Shown piece after piece: positions 51,520-63,706 of a DNA stretch of 64,000 bases. How positions within the stretch are numbered: position 1 is the first letter of the stretch; every line of letters begins with the position of its first letter. Made by a program: the position numbers and the translations under genes. The notes below the pieces were generated by a model, which saw only the letters and a program-made list of their open reading frames with translations, ran no database searches and was not told the origin of the DNA. Origin of the DNA: Octopus sinensis (Eukaryota); the NCBI RefSeq assembly GCF_006345805.1, contig NC_043009.1, positions 67,518,001 to 67,582,000 of the forward strand, written 5' to 3'.

Positions 51520-51603
51520 CTGAAAGCATCAGAATTTGAAAGTATCACAGCATATTCAGAGCTTGGTTCGGCTGAATGTGGTGAAATGATCGATTTAACA
51601 TGT
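51520..51603 (-). CDS. Candidate 84-nt symmetric (phase 2-2) exon, HVKSIISPHSAEPSSEYAVILSNSDAF
   Basis: Minus acceptor TTTCTGTTTTGTATTTTCAG| and donor CAG|GTATTG; one open frame; no homology recognised. Confidence 0.3.
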
Positions 51604-53199
51604 CTGAAAATACAAAACAGAAATTGTCATAAAGCTACACTGTCATTCTCCACAAACATTTCTTGAAACTCCGTTCTTCATCTGAAACTCGCACCTTAGT
51701 TGCACCCGTCCCTTGCTCTGGAGTGTATCTCTGCCTCTGGGGAATTTTATCAACAAATTACTGGGCTGCCCATAAGCACAAAGTTAGATCCTAGATATAC
51801 TCATACTTACGGCCATATTGGTCATGATCTTTGCCGAATTTATCAGGCCTACTCCTGAATTTTAACGTTTGTTAATAATTGTATCACCAACTTATAAATT
51901 AAAGTAATAAACTTTTACCGCCATTATTTGCCTTGTCTGATGAAAAGCACCATTTCTTCGTTGCATGGATTTAATATATCGCGTTAGTCAGCTTGACATT
52001 CTAGCCAGCTTAGTCCAACGAAAGAGCCTCCACACGTTTAGCCCAAACGAACTCATTCAAAGAGAAACGACCATCTTTTATGACATGTCATCAGCCTGCC
52101 AAGCATCTCTAACAAATTTTACCTCACAAATTTAACTTCCGCCCCTTTTTTCCTTCGTTTTCTCTTTTAAAAGAGACAGAGAAAAAGAAAAATATCACGA
52201 TACCCCTTTCTTAGAAACTCTCTTCACTCCTGTAATGCGCACCCAATACATTTTAAATGCTGTCATTTTGTACGTTAAAGTTTTCCCTTTCAACTCTCAT
52301 GCTCAAGTGGCTGCAAATATCGATTTGCGAACCTCCCCAACCCCATATATTCAATCAAATAGAAACTTTACAATTCTCTGCCCTTGGAATGCCCGAGAAG
52401 TCGCTCATTTAACGACTTTCGTGAATGCTTTTATAATGTTCGTAATAACACCCATACGACCTCGAAGCGCGTAGCTTGACATTTTAATTCATTATGCTAT
52501 ACCTTTAATCATTACTCAGTTTGTGAATTTATCGTAAATCACGCCACAACCTCTACCCATTAAACAAAGAGTAAAACCAAACCGTTTCCTCTCTCCCTCT
52601 CTTTTCCGCTTCCTCTCCTCTCACCAATCCCGATTTCTATGCCTTTTAACATCATTTGGCATGTCTTTTCTCTTCGACGAAGATATTTAGCAAAAGCGTT
52701 TAATTTCTTTTCCTTCTCCACAGTATAAATTTACTCCAATCTTTCAATTATATGCGTTGCATTGTGCTATATTATTTACAGCTTAATATCTGTCAGAGAA
52801 ATGTTTGAAATTCTAAAACAAAAAGCAAATGAAAATATATGAGACAGTAACACTTGGTAGGTAACCTATTAATTGGAAATTTGAAACGAAGTTCATTATG
52901 AAAAAAATAAAACAGCCTGAATATATGAATGTTCGAGCAAACATCTGCATTGTAACAAATGTTATAAGAGTCATGATGTCTGAAAGCAAAATATAATATC
53001 AAGTAAGTTAGTAAAGCCACATAATTATATAACGTAAATAATCAGATAAAACAGAATACAATAAGGCATAAATTATGAATTGTACTGTCTTAGCAAACAT
53101 GGCCTCAGAAAGGCGTCTTTTTCTCTCAATGAAATTTACCAAAAAAAAATGGAAGATAAAATATCATCCTACTTACCTGTGTGATTACATCGTACTTAC

Positions 53200-53297
53200 C
53201 TGTGTGATCACATAACGCACAAATCGACCGCAAATATCGGAAATAATTAATGCGTTCTTTAAACATTCATTACGTTCTCCTTTCATTATGGCGCTCC
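53200..53297 (-). CDS. Candidate 98-nt exon (MKGERNECLKNALIISDICGRFVRYVITQ) ending at a duplicated consensus donor
   Basis: Minus CAG|GTAAGT twice, 23 nt apart; acceptor ATATATACAG is weak; no homology recognised. Confidence 0.25.
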
Positions 53298-53836
53298 CTG
53301 TATATATTTCAAAGTTGGCTAATTAGCATTTCTAATTGGTTGGGAAACATTGCTAATAAGCTGATTACACTTGTTATTAGATTAGAATATATTTACTGCA
53401 TTTGATGAAGTATCCGATCCTCGATGTTTGCGTCGTAAAAATGGAAGAATTCTCTCCGAAAATGCAAATGAAATTTTGGTATTCACCTCACACAACTCGC
53501 GTTGTTTTTATAAAGTCAGAATTACTTTAAGCAGTACAGAATCATATAAATTCATAGCGGTAATGATATAGGGACACATATTAGTTTTAAAAGGCCTTTA
53601 TATAAATATACAGTACACGCACACATACACATCATACAAAGATACAATACGCATGCAACACACACACACACACACATCTACAGAAAAGAATAGACCGCTC
53701 AACATGTGTCACAGAAGTTTGATGTTCGTATTTAAAATTTTGTTCATATTTGTGTAAGTAGGATTTTTTTACAGGAGCAAAATGCAATTTAAATCGTTCA
53801 TTTGATTTAGTATGCAGTTTCGAGGTGATTACAGAT

Positions 53837-54177
53837 ACTAAATAGGAGCACTTAGAGAGCGCAAACCTCCGCCAAGGCAACACCAACGTCCTCTCAACGA
53901 TTTTTAAAATGAGAATATCTGAAATAAACTCGACTCCTCTCACAAACCAGGATACTAAAAATGAATCCGACCGCTCTCAAAAATTGAGTAAAAAAAAAAC
54001 GGAAAAATAATCCAGAATCCATATCAAAATCTTTTCAGTTCGTGCCAGTCACGAGGCCAAACATCCTTGAAAGTTTCATCCGAATCCATCCAGCGGTTCT
54101 TGAGATATCTTGTCCATAAACAAACAAACAAACACAACTGCAAACAATACCTTCGCCTTGGCTAAGGCGGAGGTAAT
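53837..54177 (-). mobile_element. Non-autonomous Helentron/DINE-1-like element, second copy
   Basis: Minus: ATTACCTCCGCCTTAGCCAAGGCGAAGGTATTG..(TTTG)n..GATATCTCAAGAACC..CCTTGGCGGAGGTTTGCGCTCTCTAAGTGCTCC. Confidence 0.85.
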
Positions 54178-54346
54178 ACCGATAATTATGACGAAATAAA
54201 TGAGGTTCAACTATTAGTCGCTTCGGGTCACATGGTGGAATCGATAATTCGATTTTTGCAAGGTGTTTTACTTAGTGACAAGTAGCGAATGTAAGCTATG
54301 CATTCCATTCCATGTTATATATTGATTCTGCACAAAATCCTTATTT

Positions 54347-54377
<31 letters not shown>

Positions 54378-54834
54378 TATACATTCGTGATTTCCAATCC
54401 AGTGTTAACGTGTTTCGCTTTGTGATGGGCATTAATGGTGTCGAGAAAGACATATAGTTCATGTCTCTCTTTAAAATGCCGATTATAACACAAAATCTTT
54501 TGCGACGAACCAGTAAGAAACCGTTACCCGTTCGCGGGTAATGATTAGCAAACGGAGACTGCCGAGTGCTTTGCCACATTCGTTTTCTTCATTCGAATTA
54601 AATCATGACACGATCACTACCTGAATATCACGACTTTTTCATCCCTTCGTGTTTCCACATCTCCTGTCAGAGAACCTCTACGATTTCACCTGCTTTGCTT
54701 GAAAGAGCAACCAAATATCTCTCAAAGAAGGATTTCTCTCTTAAAATGTGTATTGAGACATTCAATAATGAAGTCCTAAATACGCCATGTCTATAATATA
54801 AACTGAAAGACTGTGATAGAATGCTAATGATAAT

Positions 54835-55001
54835 CAGGGACGGCTCAAGGTACCAGCAACTCGGACAATCGCCCGGGGCGCCATGTGCTTTTTAGTCTAC
54901 ATCTTCAGGTTTTCTCCTTGTGAAAGTTTAAAAAAATTATTCTTATAAGGGCGCCGAAGTTCAGCTTGTCCGGGGCGCCAGCAACCCTAGGGCCGGCCCG
55001 G
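54835..55001. mobile_element. 167-bp hAT MITE with 8-bp TSD
   Basis: TIRs CAGGGACGGCTCAAGG / CCTAGGGCCGGCCCGG; TSD ATGATAAT (54827-54834) and ATGATCAT (55002-55009), 7/8 match. Confidence 0.85.
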
Positions 55002-55163
55002 ATGATCATAGATCTGCTTGATGAAAGATAAGCTGAGGCTGAAGAACAAAATATATATCATGATATTCTGCTGCCGTTGTTGCCGTAATCTTCTACCACA
55101 CAAAGTAATTTATATAAATGAAAACTTCAGATGCTACATTAGAAACAAAACTTCGTAGACTTT

Positions 55164-55346
55164 ACAGTTCTATATTCAAGAGATGAAGAGTTATGTACAT
55201 TATTTACATTATTTACATTTGATGGATATTTGTCTTCATCTCGTTTATTGTTACCACAACGTTTCGCCTGATATACCCTCCAACCTTTATCAGGCGTCTT
55301 GGGAAAATTTCGAACCTGGGCTCTCATTCCTAAGGTATTTTTCAAT

Positions 55347-55419
<73 letters not shown>

Positions 55420-55503
55420 CAGGTCACTGCCTGTAATCTAACTCGGAATCTTGTGGTTAGTAGCCCGCGCTCTTAACCCCTACACCATATGCCCAGGTAA
55501 TGA

Positions 55504-55553
<50 letters not shown>

Positions 55554-55728
55554 TAATAATAATAATAACAACAACAACATCGAAAAATACCTTAGGAATG
55601 AGAACCCAGACTCGAAATTTCCCCAAGACACCTGATGAAGGCTGGAGGGTATATCAGCCGAAATATTGTGTTAACAACAAACAAGATGAGGACAAATATC
55701 CGTCAAATATAAATAATGTAAATAATGT
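55164..55728. mobile_element. Most complete family G insertion: minus unit (55164-55494) plus inverted near-full copy (55499-55728)
   Basis: tRNA-like head 55419-55494 (minus); (TTG)n in the left arm versus (AAT)n(AAC)n in the right arm; hammerhead in both arms (left arm mutated). Confidence 0.9.
55627..55672 (+). ncRNA. Minimal type I hammerhead ribozyme, helix III CG>TA (still palindromic AATATT)
   Basis: GACAC CTGATGA A GGCTGG AGGGTATA TCAGCC GAAA TA TT GTGTT. Confidence 0.72.
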
Positions 55729-56056
55729 GCTTAGGCTTTATCATGCATTCCTTAAGGTAATGAGCAGGCATAATTATTAGGAGTCCCGGACGTCCTAGAT
55801 TCAAATTCTGCCGAGGTCAAAGTGGAATTTTATCCTTTCGAAGTCTATAAAATAAACACCAAATGAACAGCGGGGTCGATGTAATAAACTTAGCCCCTGC
55901 CAAACTTGCTCGCCTTCAACTGAAATTCGAAACTAATATTATGCATTCCTTAACATGGATTCCAAGAAAACAATTATAAATGCATTTATCACCCCATTTC
56001 ACTGATTGCTAAGAATGTTCTTTCACTCCAAAACATTGCAATGTCTTCATACTATA

Positions 56057-56276
56057 CGAGGGGATGTTGTAAAGCTCCTGCCTTTAACGGTATCGGGAAA
56101 CGCCTGGCTGGAGGTCCAATCTTCCAAGTTCTTTTCCAGGACTTAGAAAAAATGAAGAACTTAGAAATAATGAAGTGCGTGAATCTGAGAGAAGAATATG
56201 TCGAATAAAATCATTATTAACAGATTCTCCCGTATTTTCTTTTATCGAGAGCCAGGAACTTTTCAGCACCACCTCG
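56057..56276 (+). mobile_element. 220-bp mariner-derived MITE
   Basis: TA|CGAGGGATGTTGTAAAGCTCCTG ... CCAGGAACTTTTCAGCACCACCTCG; interior MKNLEIMKCVNLREEYVE* is a transposase C-terminus. Confidence 0.75.
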
Positions 56277-56825
56277 CATCTACTTTATCTCTATTCTAGC
56301 CATCCTCTGAATCGCATTCCACTTATGTCCAATCCTCTGCTCACAGCCGCCACTCGTTCCCTCCTTATTCCAAATGTGTCTTCAACCCCTTTTTCTTTGC
56401 TCCGATCAAATTGCCAAGCCCCTTCTGTCCTGAACAGCGACTTCATGGGTTTCTCTTCCCATCCAAATTTTCTCTTAATCTCATCCTGATCCCGACCTTG
56501 TATAAATGTCAGTTATGTAGAACATCACGAGTAATTCCTTTTCCTATTGAATGAAGCATAATAAATTATACTTCAACGCAGGCATAAAAAAGTACAACAC
56601 ATTGCTCACGTTCCTTGAAATGGTTTGCAATAATTTTGTATTTCACAAGGATGGTAAAAATGAGGATATATGCTGAAAATACACGTTTACAATCACAGTT
56701 TCTATGGTTTCTTCGCTATTTATAAACTAACATAGGCAGCATGATATCTATTTTCGCATTTTTTACATAATATATGCATTCTAGGGGTAATGAACCATAC
56801 GCATGTACATATATATGTACATCTG

Positions 56826-56869
<44 letters not shown>

Positions 56870-57023
56870 ATAGATATGGTACCTGAAAAAGGTGTTTAAG
56901 AGTTGATATTACGCGTATATACATTTGTGAATACACTCACACAGATATGTATAGATGCAAATATGCACTCACTCATGGATATACACAGCATCTATATGTT
57001 TGTATACATGTATATATATATAC

Positions 57024-57098
<75 letters not shown>

Positions 57099-58087
57099 TG
57101 TATGTATGTATATACATGTGTGTGTGTGTGTGTGTTCATACTCACCTTTTTGTTTCCGTGCCTTGCATCAAAACTTTTCCATGAAATTGATTTTTTTAAT
57201 GGTCTGATTTGAGAAGACCCGGACCTGCTATACTTGGGAGGGCACCAGAAATTCCGGATATACTAAATCAGGAAGCAATACATCAAGTCCTATTGTAATC
57301 CTCAGACTGGAGGTCAATCCACGATACGAAAATCAGAACAGAATGCCCTACAAACACTCGTGACCATGTCCTAAATCAACGAGGACCACGTGTCTCAGTA
57401 AGCAATAAATTATGTATTGGTCATGTGAAGTCTTTTCTACAAGTTTGAGGAGTTTGTGACCACGTGAGATGCATGTTATACCACGATCCTGCTACTTCAC
57501 AACACTGACCTCTGCCTACGCTTTATTGTTTATAATTGGGTGTGGGATAATTATAACATCACAGGAGCCGTCCAGCGAACCTCCATCCGTTTGTTTGACC
57601 TGCAAGAAAGCACAGTATAATCAGTCTCCAAATATCTTGAAAAGAAAGAACAATTTAGATTAGTCTCCGTGTGTGTGTGTGTGTGTGTGTGTTTATGTTT
57701 GTTTATATATATATTCAGTTATAATTTTAGAAAAACGATACTTTCGAATGGATTGTTAATGAAACACATGTGTAGAATTATGAAATGGAAAGAAGCCAAA
57801 ACGGTGTGTGTGGGACAGGCAATAAAGAACTCGATTGCTTTATGGACATTTTCCAATTTGAATCAAAGCTCGAGATTCTAAAGGGCTTATACTAAATTCT
57901 TGTTCTTGAAACTAATTAATCATTATTAATTCGGAATTTCATTTTGATAAAGCCGATACCTTTCACCCTTTCGAGGCCGATGAAATAAGTATCAGCTGAA
58001 AAATTGAAGTGGGGGCGCTGCTATCGATTTACTCGCCTTCCTTGAAAATGCTAGTCTTGCGCTAAAATTTCAAGTCATTATTATTAG

Positions 58088-58412
58088 ACTGGCACTCCGT
58101 CAGTTACGACGATGAGGGTTCTAGTTAATTCGATCAACGGAACTGCCAACCCGTGAAATTAAAGTGCAAGTGGCCGAGCACTCCACAGACACGCGTACTT
58201 TTAATGTAGTTCCCAGGGAGATTCAGCGTGACACAGAATGTGACAAGACTGGTCCTTTGATATACAGGTACAACCCATTTTTGCCAACTGAGTGGACTGG
58301 AGCAGCGTGAAATAATGTCTCTTGCTCAAGGATACAACGCGCCGCCGGGAATCGAACTCAAAACCTTACGATAGTGAACTGAATAGCTTAACTTCTAAAT
58401 CATGCGCCTTCA
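58088..58412 (-). mobile_element. Family F SINE
   Basis: Matches 24092-24400. Confidence 0.88.
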
Positions 58413-58609
58413 TCATTATTATTACTGAATCATTTTCACTGTTATTATGGTATTTTGATGATTTGCGATTCGAAACATTCATCAAAGGTATTTTCCGCTT
58501 TTTGGAGAATAAATTATGTGAATCGTTGAGAAAACAGACAAAAAATGTTGAACAGAAACACAGATGTTCATGGTTAATGGAAATCTTCAAAGTTAACAAG
58601 AATATTTAA

Positions 58610-58910
58610 TACAGGCTGTTCAATTTCAAAGTTGACTGGATTGATTAACTGTCAAAATATTATCTCTCTCTGATTGGCTCAGATTAGCTCTCTCTCTCTG
58701 ATTGAAATGATCTTCTTCAGTGATGAGGCTTGGATTCACCTATCGGGATACCTAAATTCACAAAACACTCGCATCTGGAGTGCTCTCAATCCTCACAAGT
58801 TTATCGAATCAACCTTACATGCAGTGAAGATTGGTGCATGGATGAAAGCATAGTATAATCAGTCTCCAAATATCTTGAAAGGAAAGAACAATTTAGATTA
58901 GTCTCCGTGT

Positions 58911-58954
<44 letters not shown>

Positions 58955-59494
58955 TGTGTGTGGTGTGTGTGTGTGTGTGTGTGTGTACGTGTGTGTGTGT
59001 GTGTTAATGTTTGTTTATATATATAGTCAGTTATAATTTTAGAAAAACGATACTTTCGAATGGATTGTTAATCAACCTTACATGCAGTAAAGATTGGTGC
59101 ATGGATGGCTATCAGCAGACGAAGAATAGTAGGACCGATTTTTTTCCCAAGAAACCTTGAATTCGGAACGTTATTGTGAGATAATCGATCAGTTTGTTAA
59201 GCAGCTGAAAATGAAGAAAGTAACGCATGGCTTCACCTGGACTCAGCAACATGTCATGTTAGCAACCACACTTTGTTTCACTTACGACAAACTTTTGAAC
59301 ACGGGTTGATCACGAAAGGCCTCTGGCTACCCAGATCACCAGACTTAAAGCCTCTTGATTTCTTTTTATTCAAATATATCAAGGACGCTGTGTTTACAAA
59401 GAATCCGCATACACTTGATGAACTCGGTACGGATATTACTGACATTGTCCAAAATATGATACGGGAAGTTTTATATTCAGGTATACACCTTGTA
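58610..59494 (+). mobile_element. Deleted Tc1/mariner-superfamily transposon (FSDEA / WxPRSPDL type, rosa-like) with a templated insertion
   Basis: IFFSDEAWIHLSGYLNSQNTRIWS..KIGAWM|AISRRRIVGPIFF..GLWLPRSPDLKPLDFFLF; TIR-like TACAGGCTGTTC at 58610 and ..CACCTTGTA at 59494. Confidence 0.8.
58844..59072 (+). repeat. Copy of local sequence 57606-57760 inserted between 38-bp direct repeats
   Basis: Direct repeats 58807-58844 and 59070-59107 (1 mismatch). Confidence 0.92.
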
Positions 59495-59752
59495 GTATGG
59501 TGTTTAAAGCCCGTTCACATTATTTGGCTATCTGATGTCAACAACAGTGTGGTGATATAGGCGACTGAATTTGCTTCTGTAATTATTTTGTGTCCACAAA
59601 GTTTATGAGAGAAAGGAAATTAACGAGATTCTTTATTTACAACGATCGCGACCCATCTTGAGTCACGGTGAATAACGAATATAGAATCTCCTGAACTCCA
59701 TTTTCTTTCTCACATTTTATTAAATGCATATGTGTGTGTGTGTGAGTGTGTG

Positions 59753-59812
<60 letters not shown>

Positions 59813-59823
59813 CACACACACAC

Positions 59824-59914
<91 letters not shown>

Positions 59915-60560
59915 AAGAGAGAGAAAGAGAGAGAGAGAGAGATATGGAAAGAAAGATAAAGAGAAATTACTTAGAAAATATAGGGAACATATATGGTATT
60001 CTACGCATTATAAACATACACGTGTTTCGTTTAATTAATGTATGTAGAAGGGCTGTGCTACTAAACTAGAACTTTTACAACGCATATATACTCTGCACAG
60101 GGGGGTGCGAACCCCTATAAATATATGTGTGTGTGTGTGTGTGTCTGCGTGTGTATGTGTGTTTATATGCATATATGTATTTATGTATGTATGTATGTAT
60201 GTATGTATGTATGTATGTATGTATGTATGTATGTATATGGCCATGCGTTAGTTAGTTGGTGTCGTTAGACACATTACTTTGCTAAAACACAAAAGTCATA
60301 GCAGTTAAACCAACCTAATTTCTTGGCTTTTCTGCTCAGTTGTGCACAACAATAAAGTCATTTCGGAATGCTCGGTCGATATTTAGTGCATTATTAACAT
60401 AAAGAATGATGTCAGGCTTATCATGTGGTCTCTGATATTATATCTGTATGTTATATTTTCCTCGCAGTTTTACATCCATTTTCTTTAGTAGCAGCAGCAG
60501 CAGAAATCTTGTGGCAAATGTATGCCTCGTGGTATTCGTTTCGAGTTTTGGGGATTTTTA

Positions 60561-60957
60561 GGCGGCGAGCTGGCAGAAACGTTAGCACGCCGGGCGAAAT
60601 GCTTCGCGGTATTTCGTCTGCCGCTACGTTCTGAGTTCAAATTCCGCCGAGGTCGACTTTACCTTTCATCCTTTCCGGGTCGATAAATCAAGTACCATTT
60701 ACGCACTGGGGTCGATATAATCGACTTAATCCGTCTGTCTGTCCTTGTTTGTCCCCTCTGTGCTTAGCCCCTTGTGGGTAGTAAAGAAATAGGTATTTCG
60801 CCTGTCTTTACGATCTGAGTTCAATTTCCACCGAAGTCGACTTCGCCTTTCATCCTTTCGGGATGGATAGATTAAGTACCAGTTGCATACAGGGGTCCTT
60901 GTAATCGACTGGTCCCCTCCTCCAAAATTTCAGGCCTTGTGCCTAATGTAGAAAGGA
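60561..60957 (+). mobile_element. Full-length dimeric family A SINE (extra partial monomer follows to ~61058)
   Basis: Colinear with 12535-12933. Confidence 0.92.
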
Positions 60958-61061
60958 CTTTTTAGGATTTTACGTTCCGAGTTCAAATTTCGGTTTTCAT
61001 CCTTTCGGGGTCGATAAAATAAGTACCAGCTGAATACTGTGGTCGATGTAATCGACTAACC

Positions 61062-61101
<40 letters not shown>

Positions 61102-61273
61102 TAGTTTTTAATAATGGCTATGATGATGTTATGGTGAAAGATGAGAAACAGGAACATTTCTAGTCTGAGATGAATTTCACCGAAGACTAATTTCTTTATT
61201 GCTCTAAGTTCAGATAAAACAAAATAGAATACCAGATTTATATTGGTTTGATTCACCAGTGCGTATTCATATA

Positions 61274-61305
61274 CGATAATAATAATAATCATAATAATAA
61301 TAATG

Positions 61306-61356
<51 letters not shown>

Positions 61357-61425
61357 TAATAATAATAATAATAATAATAGTGATAATAACAATAATGATA
61401 ATAATAATAATAACAATAATAATAG
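61274..61425. repeat. (AAT)n microsatellite
   Basis: Direct reading. Confidence 0.95.
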
Positions 61426-62325
61426 CTTTAGTGTGCCCAGTAAGAAGAAACAGTGAGTTATTATTTCATTCATTTTAAATATTCTATTTTTATTTTTCCA
61501 TATATCTTTACGTTGGCATTATGAAAAAAATCCTAATTTCGTATTTCGTTTGAGGTTTTGAACATTTCCTAATCAGATTTGCTTGTAAAGGGACAGGAAT
61601 TATTTTTTAAGAGAACCTACTCGTTAGATATTCAATTTTGCGCGAATCTTCGCTTTGACATTATAATTATATCCGTTCCACTATTATTTCTTCATTGTAC
61701 ATGTTATCTAATGTACTCCCGATGGGTTAGTTGCAGTGTAACCCATCTGCGTAGTTCTGGCATTGAGTTTCAAGAACAGAGGGCGTGGGGTAGGAGGAAG
61801 GGAGGGAGGAAGAGAATATGGGAGGGAGTAAGATACAGGGGAGAGAAGTTATGTGGAGGGTAGTTTGAGATGTAGAAAGCAGGGAATCGAAATCTTATCT
61901 CACCAAAATGGCATTTAGAAAGAGAGAGGAAAGAGTGGAGTTTCAGCGCATTATTACGTCGATTATTTACACACATGCACGCACACATGCACACGTACAC
62001 ACACACTCACATACACACGAACGCAAGCACGCCTTCTTCAGTCACCACAACTAAAAATATGTACCTTGAAACTGAATTCCTCACACCTCCTGTTCACAAT
62101 GGTGCTTAGCAACAACACACAAATTTACAATTGTAAGAAATATGAGCCAATGATGGAACACTCCAATACGATCCTCTCGAAGAAGGATACAACGGAACAT
62201 GTAGTCATAGATACACCCTGTCTGACAAAGTAAAAGATAACAAGGCCGAAACAGAACATATTTTTAATCTTAGGTCTACTCTATTAGAGCTGACCTGTGC
62301 TAAATAACGCCAATAATTTATTATG

Positions 62326-62663
62326 TGAAGGTACATTGCTCAGTGATTAGAGCGTCGGGCTCACAGTCATGAGGTAGTGAGTTCGATTCTCGGACCGGAC
62401 TGTGTGTTGTGTTCTTGAGCAAGACACTTTATTTCACTTTGCTTCAGTGCATTCAGCTGTAGAAATGAGTTGCGACGTCACTAGTGCCAAGCTGTATCGG
62501 GCCCTTTGCTTTTCCCTTGGATAACATCGATGGCGTGGAGAGATGAGATTGTTATACTTGGACGACTACTGGCCTTCCATAAACAACCTTGTTCGGATTT
62601 GTGCCTCGGGAGGTAACTTTGTAGGTACAATCCCAAGGTCATTCAGGACCAACGGGGTTCTTT
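62326..62663 (+). mobile_element. Full-length family E CORE-type SINE
   Basis: Degenerate A box (TTGCTCAGTGA), B box GAGTTCGATTC, GTGTTCTTGAGCAAGACACTTTATTTCAC. Confidence 0.88.
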
Positions 62664-63192
62664 AGTTCGAATTTGTATATCTTTATGTTAACTAAACATT
62701 CTAGGTAAGAACCTGTGGGTCAAGGTGCTTAACTATCCACGGAACCGCATCACACACACTTAAACATATTACACTTCATAAAATATCAATAAATTTGCAC
62801 TATATCGTTCACTGCTTCACTACAATCTCTGGACCTTTGACGTGCTGTTTCCTCACTTTCCCTTTTCCATCACAATTACAGTGTGGTGAGCACTGCTCCA
62901 TACGTTCGTTACCGGTTGGTTACATTCCACGGCAGCGGCCATGCTGGAGCACTGCCTTACAGGGTTGTAGTTGTCGATCAGCCACACCTTAATTATAAGA
63001 ATAGTATTTATCGATATCCAGCAAAGGGATTAGTCCCACTGTATGATAACATTTGGTAGCCGATAACTGGGGAGGAGCTTTGGAAACCACACTATAAAGT
63101 TATTACCTACTTTATATATATATATATTATATTATATGCGTATATATGTATGTTTGTGTATAAATATGTATGTATATACATGTGTATATATG

Positions 63193-63225
<33 letters not shown>

Positions 63226-63324
63226 ATAATAAAGGCTAAAATGAATTAATCAATTAGTAATTAATAATTCCACCAAGTAGAATTCGGCATGAAAAAGGAC
63301 CATTTTTCGGTAAACTTTAAAATT

Positions 63325-63612
63325 ATTTTATAATTACGAGTATAATTATTATTAGAGTTCAGCAAAGATTTGCTTTACCACATACCGAAGTTTAGAAATA
63401 GCAGTCAAAGAACCTTATCTATTTCTTCTACTATAAGAAGAGACTGTCTGCGTGGGTTATTTCGAGTATTTTGTTTTTGTTTTATCCGGGAGTCTCTTCT
63501 TATAATAGAAGAAATAGCTAAGGTTCTTTGACTGCTATTTCTAAACTTCCGGTATGTGGTAAAGCAAATCTTTACTGAACCCTAATTATAATTATACTCG
63601 TAATTATAAAAT
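63325..63612. repeat. Long near-perfect inverted repeat (121/122-bp arms, 45-nt loop)
   Basis: Arms 63325-63445 and 63491-63612 differ by 5 substitutions and one 1-nt indel. Confidence 0.95.
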
Positions 63613-63620
63613 ATTGTTGT

Positions 63621-63706
<86 letters not shown>

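Noticed and set aside
53169-53201. U1 snRNA 5' end (TACTTACCTG)
   Set aside because: Only the 10-mer matches; the following sequence is not U1.
55419-55494. Functional tRNA gene (also 43742-43816, 50969-51041 and other SINE heads)
   Set aside because: A/B boxes are present but acceptor and anticodon stems do not pair properly, and each head is fused to a repeat body; these are SINE heads.
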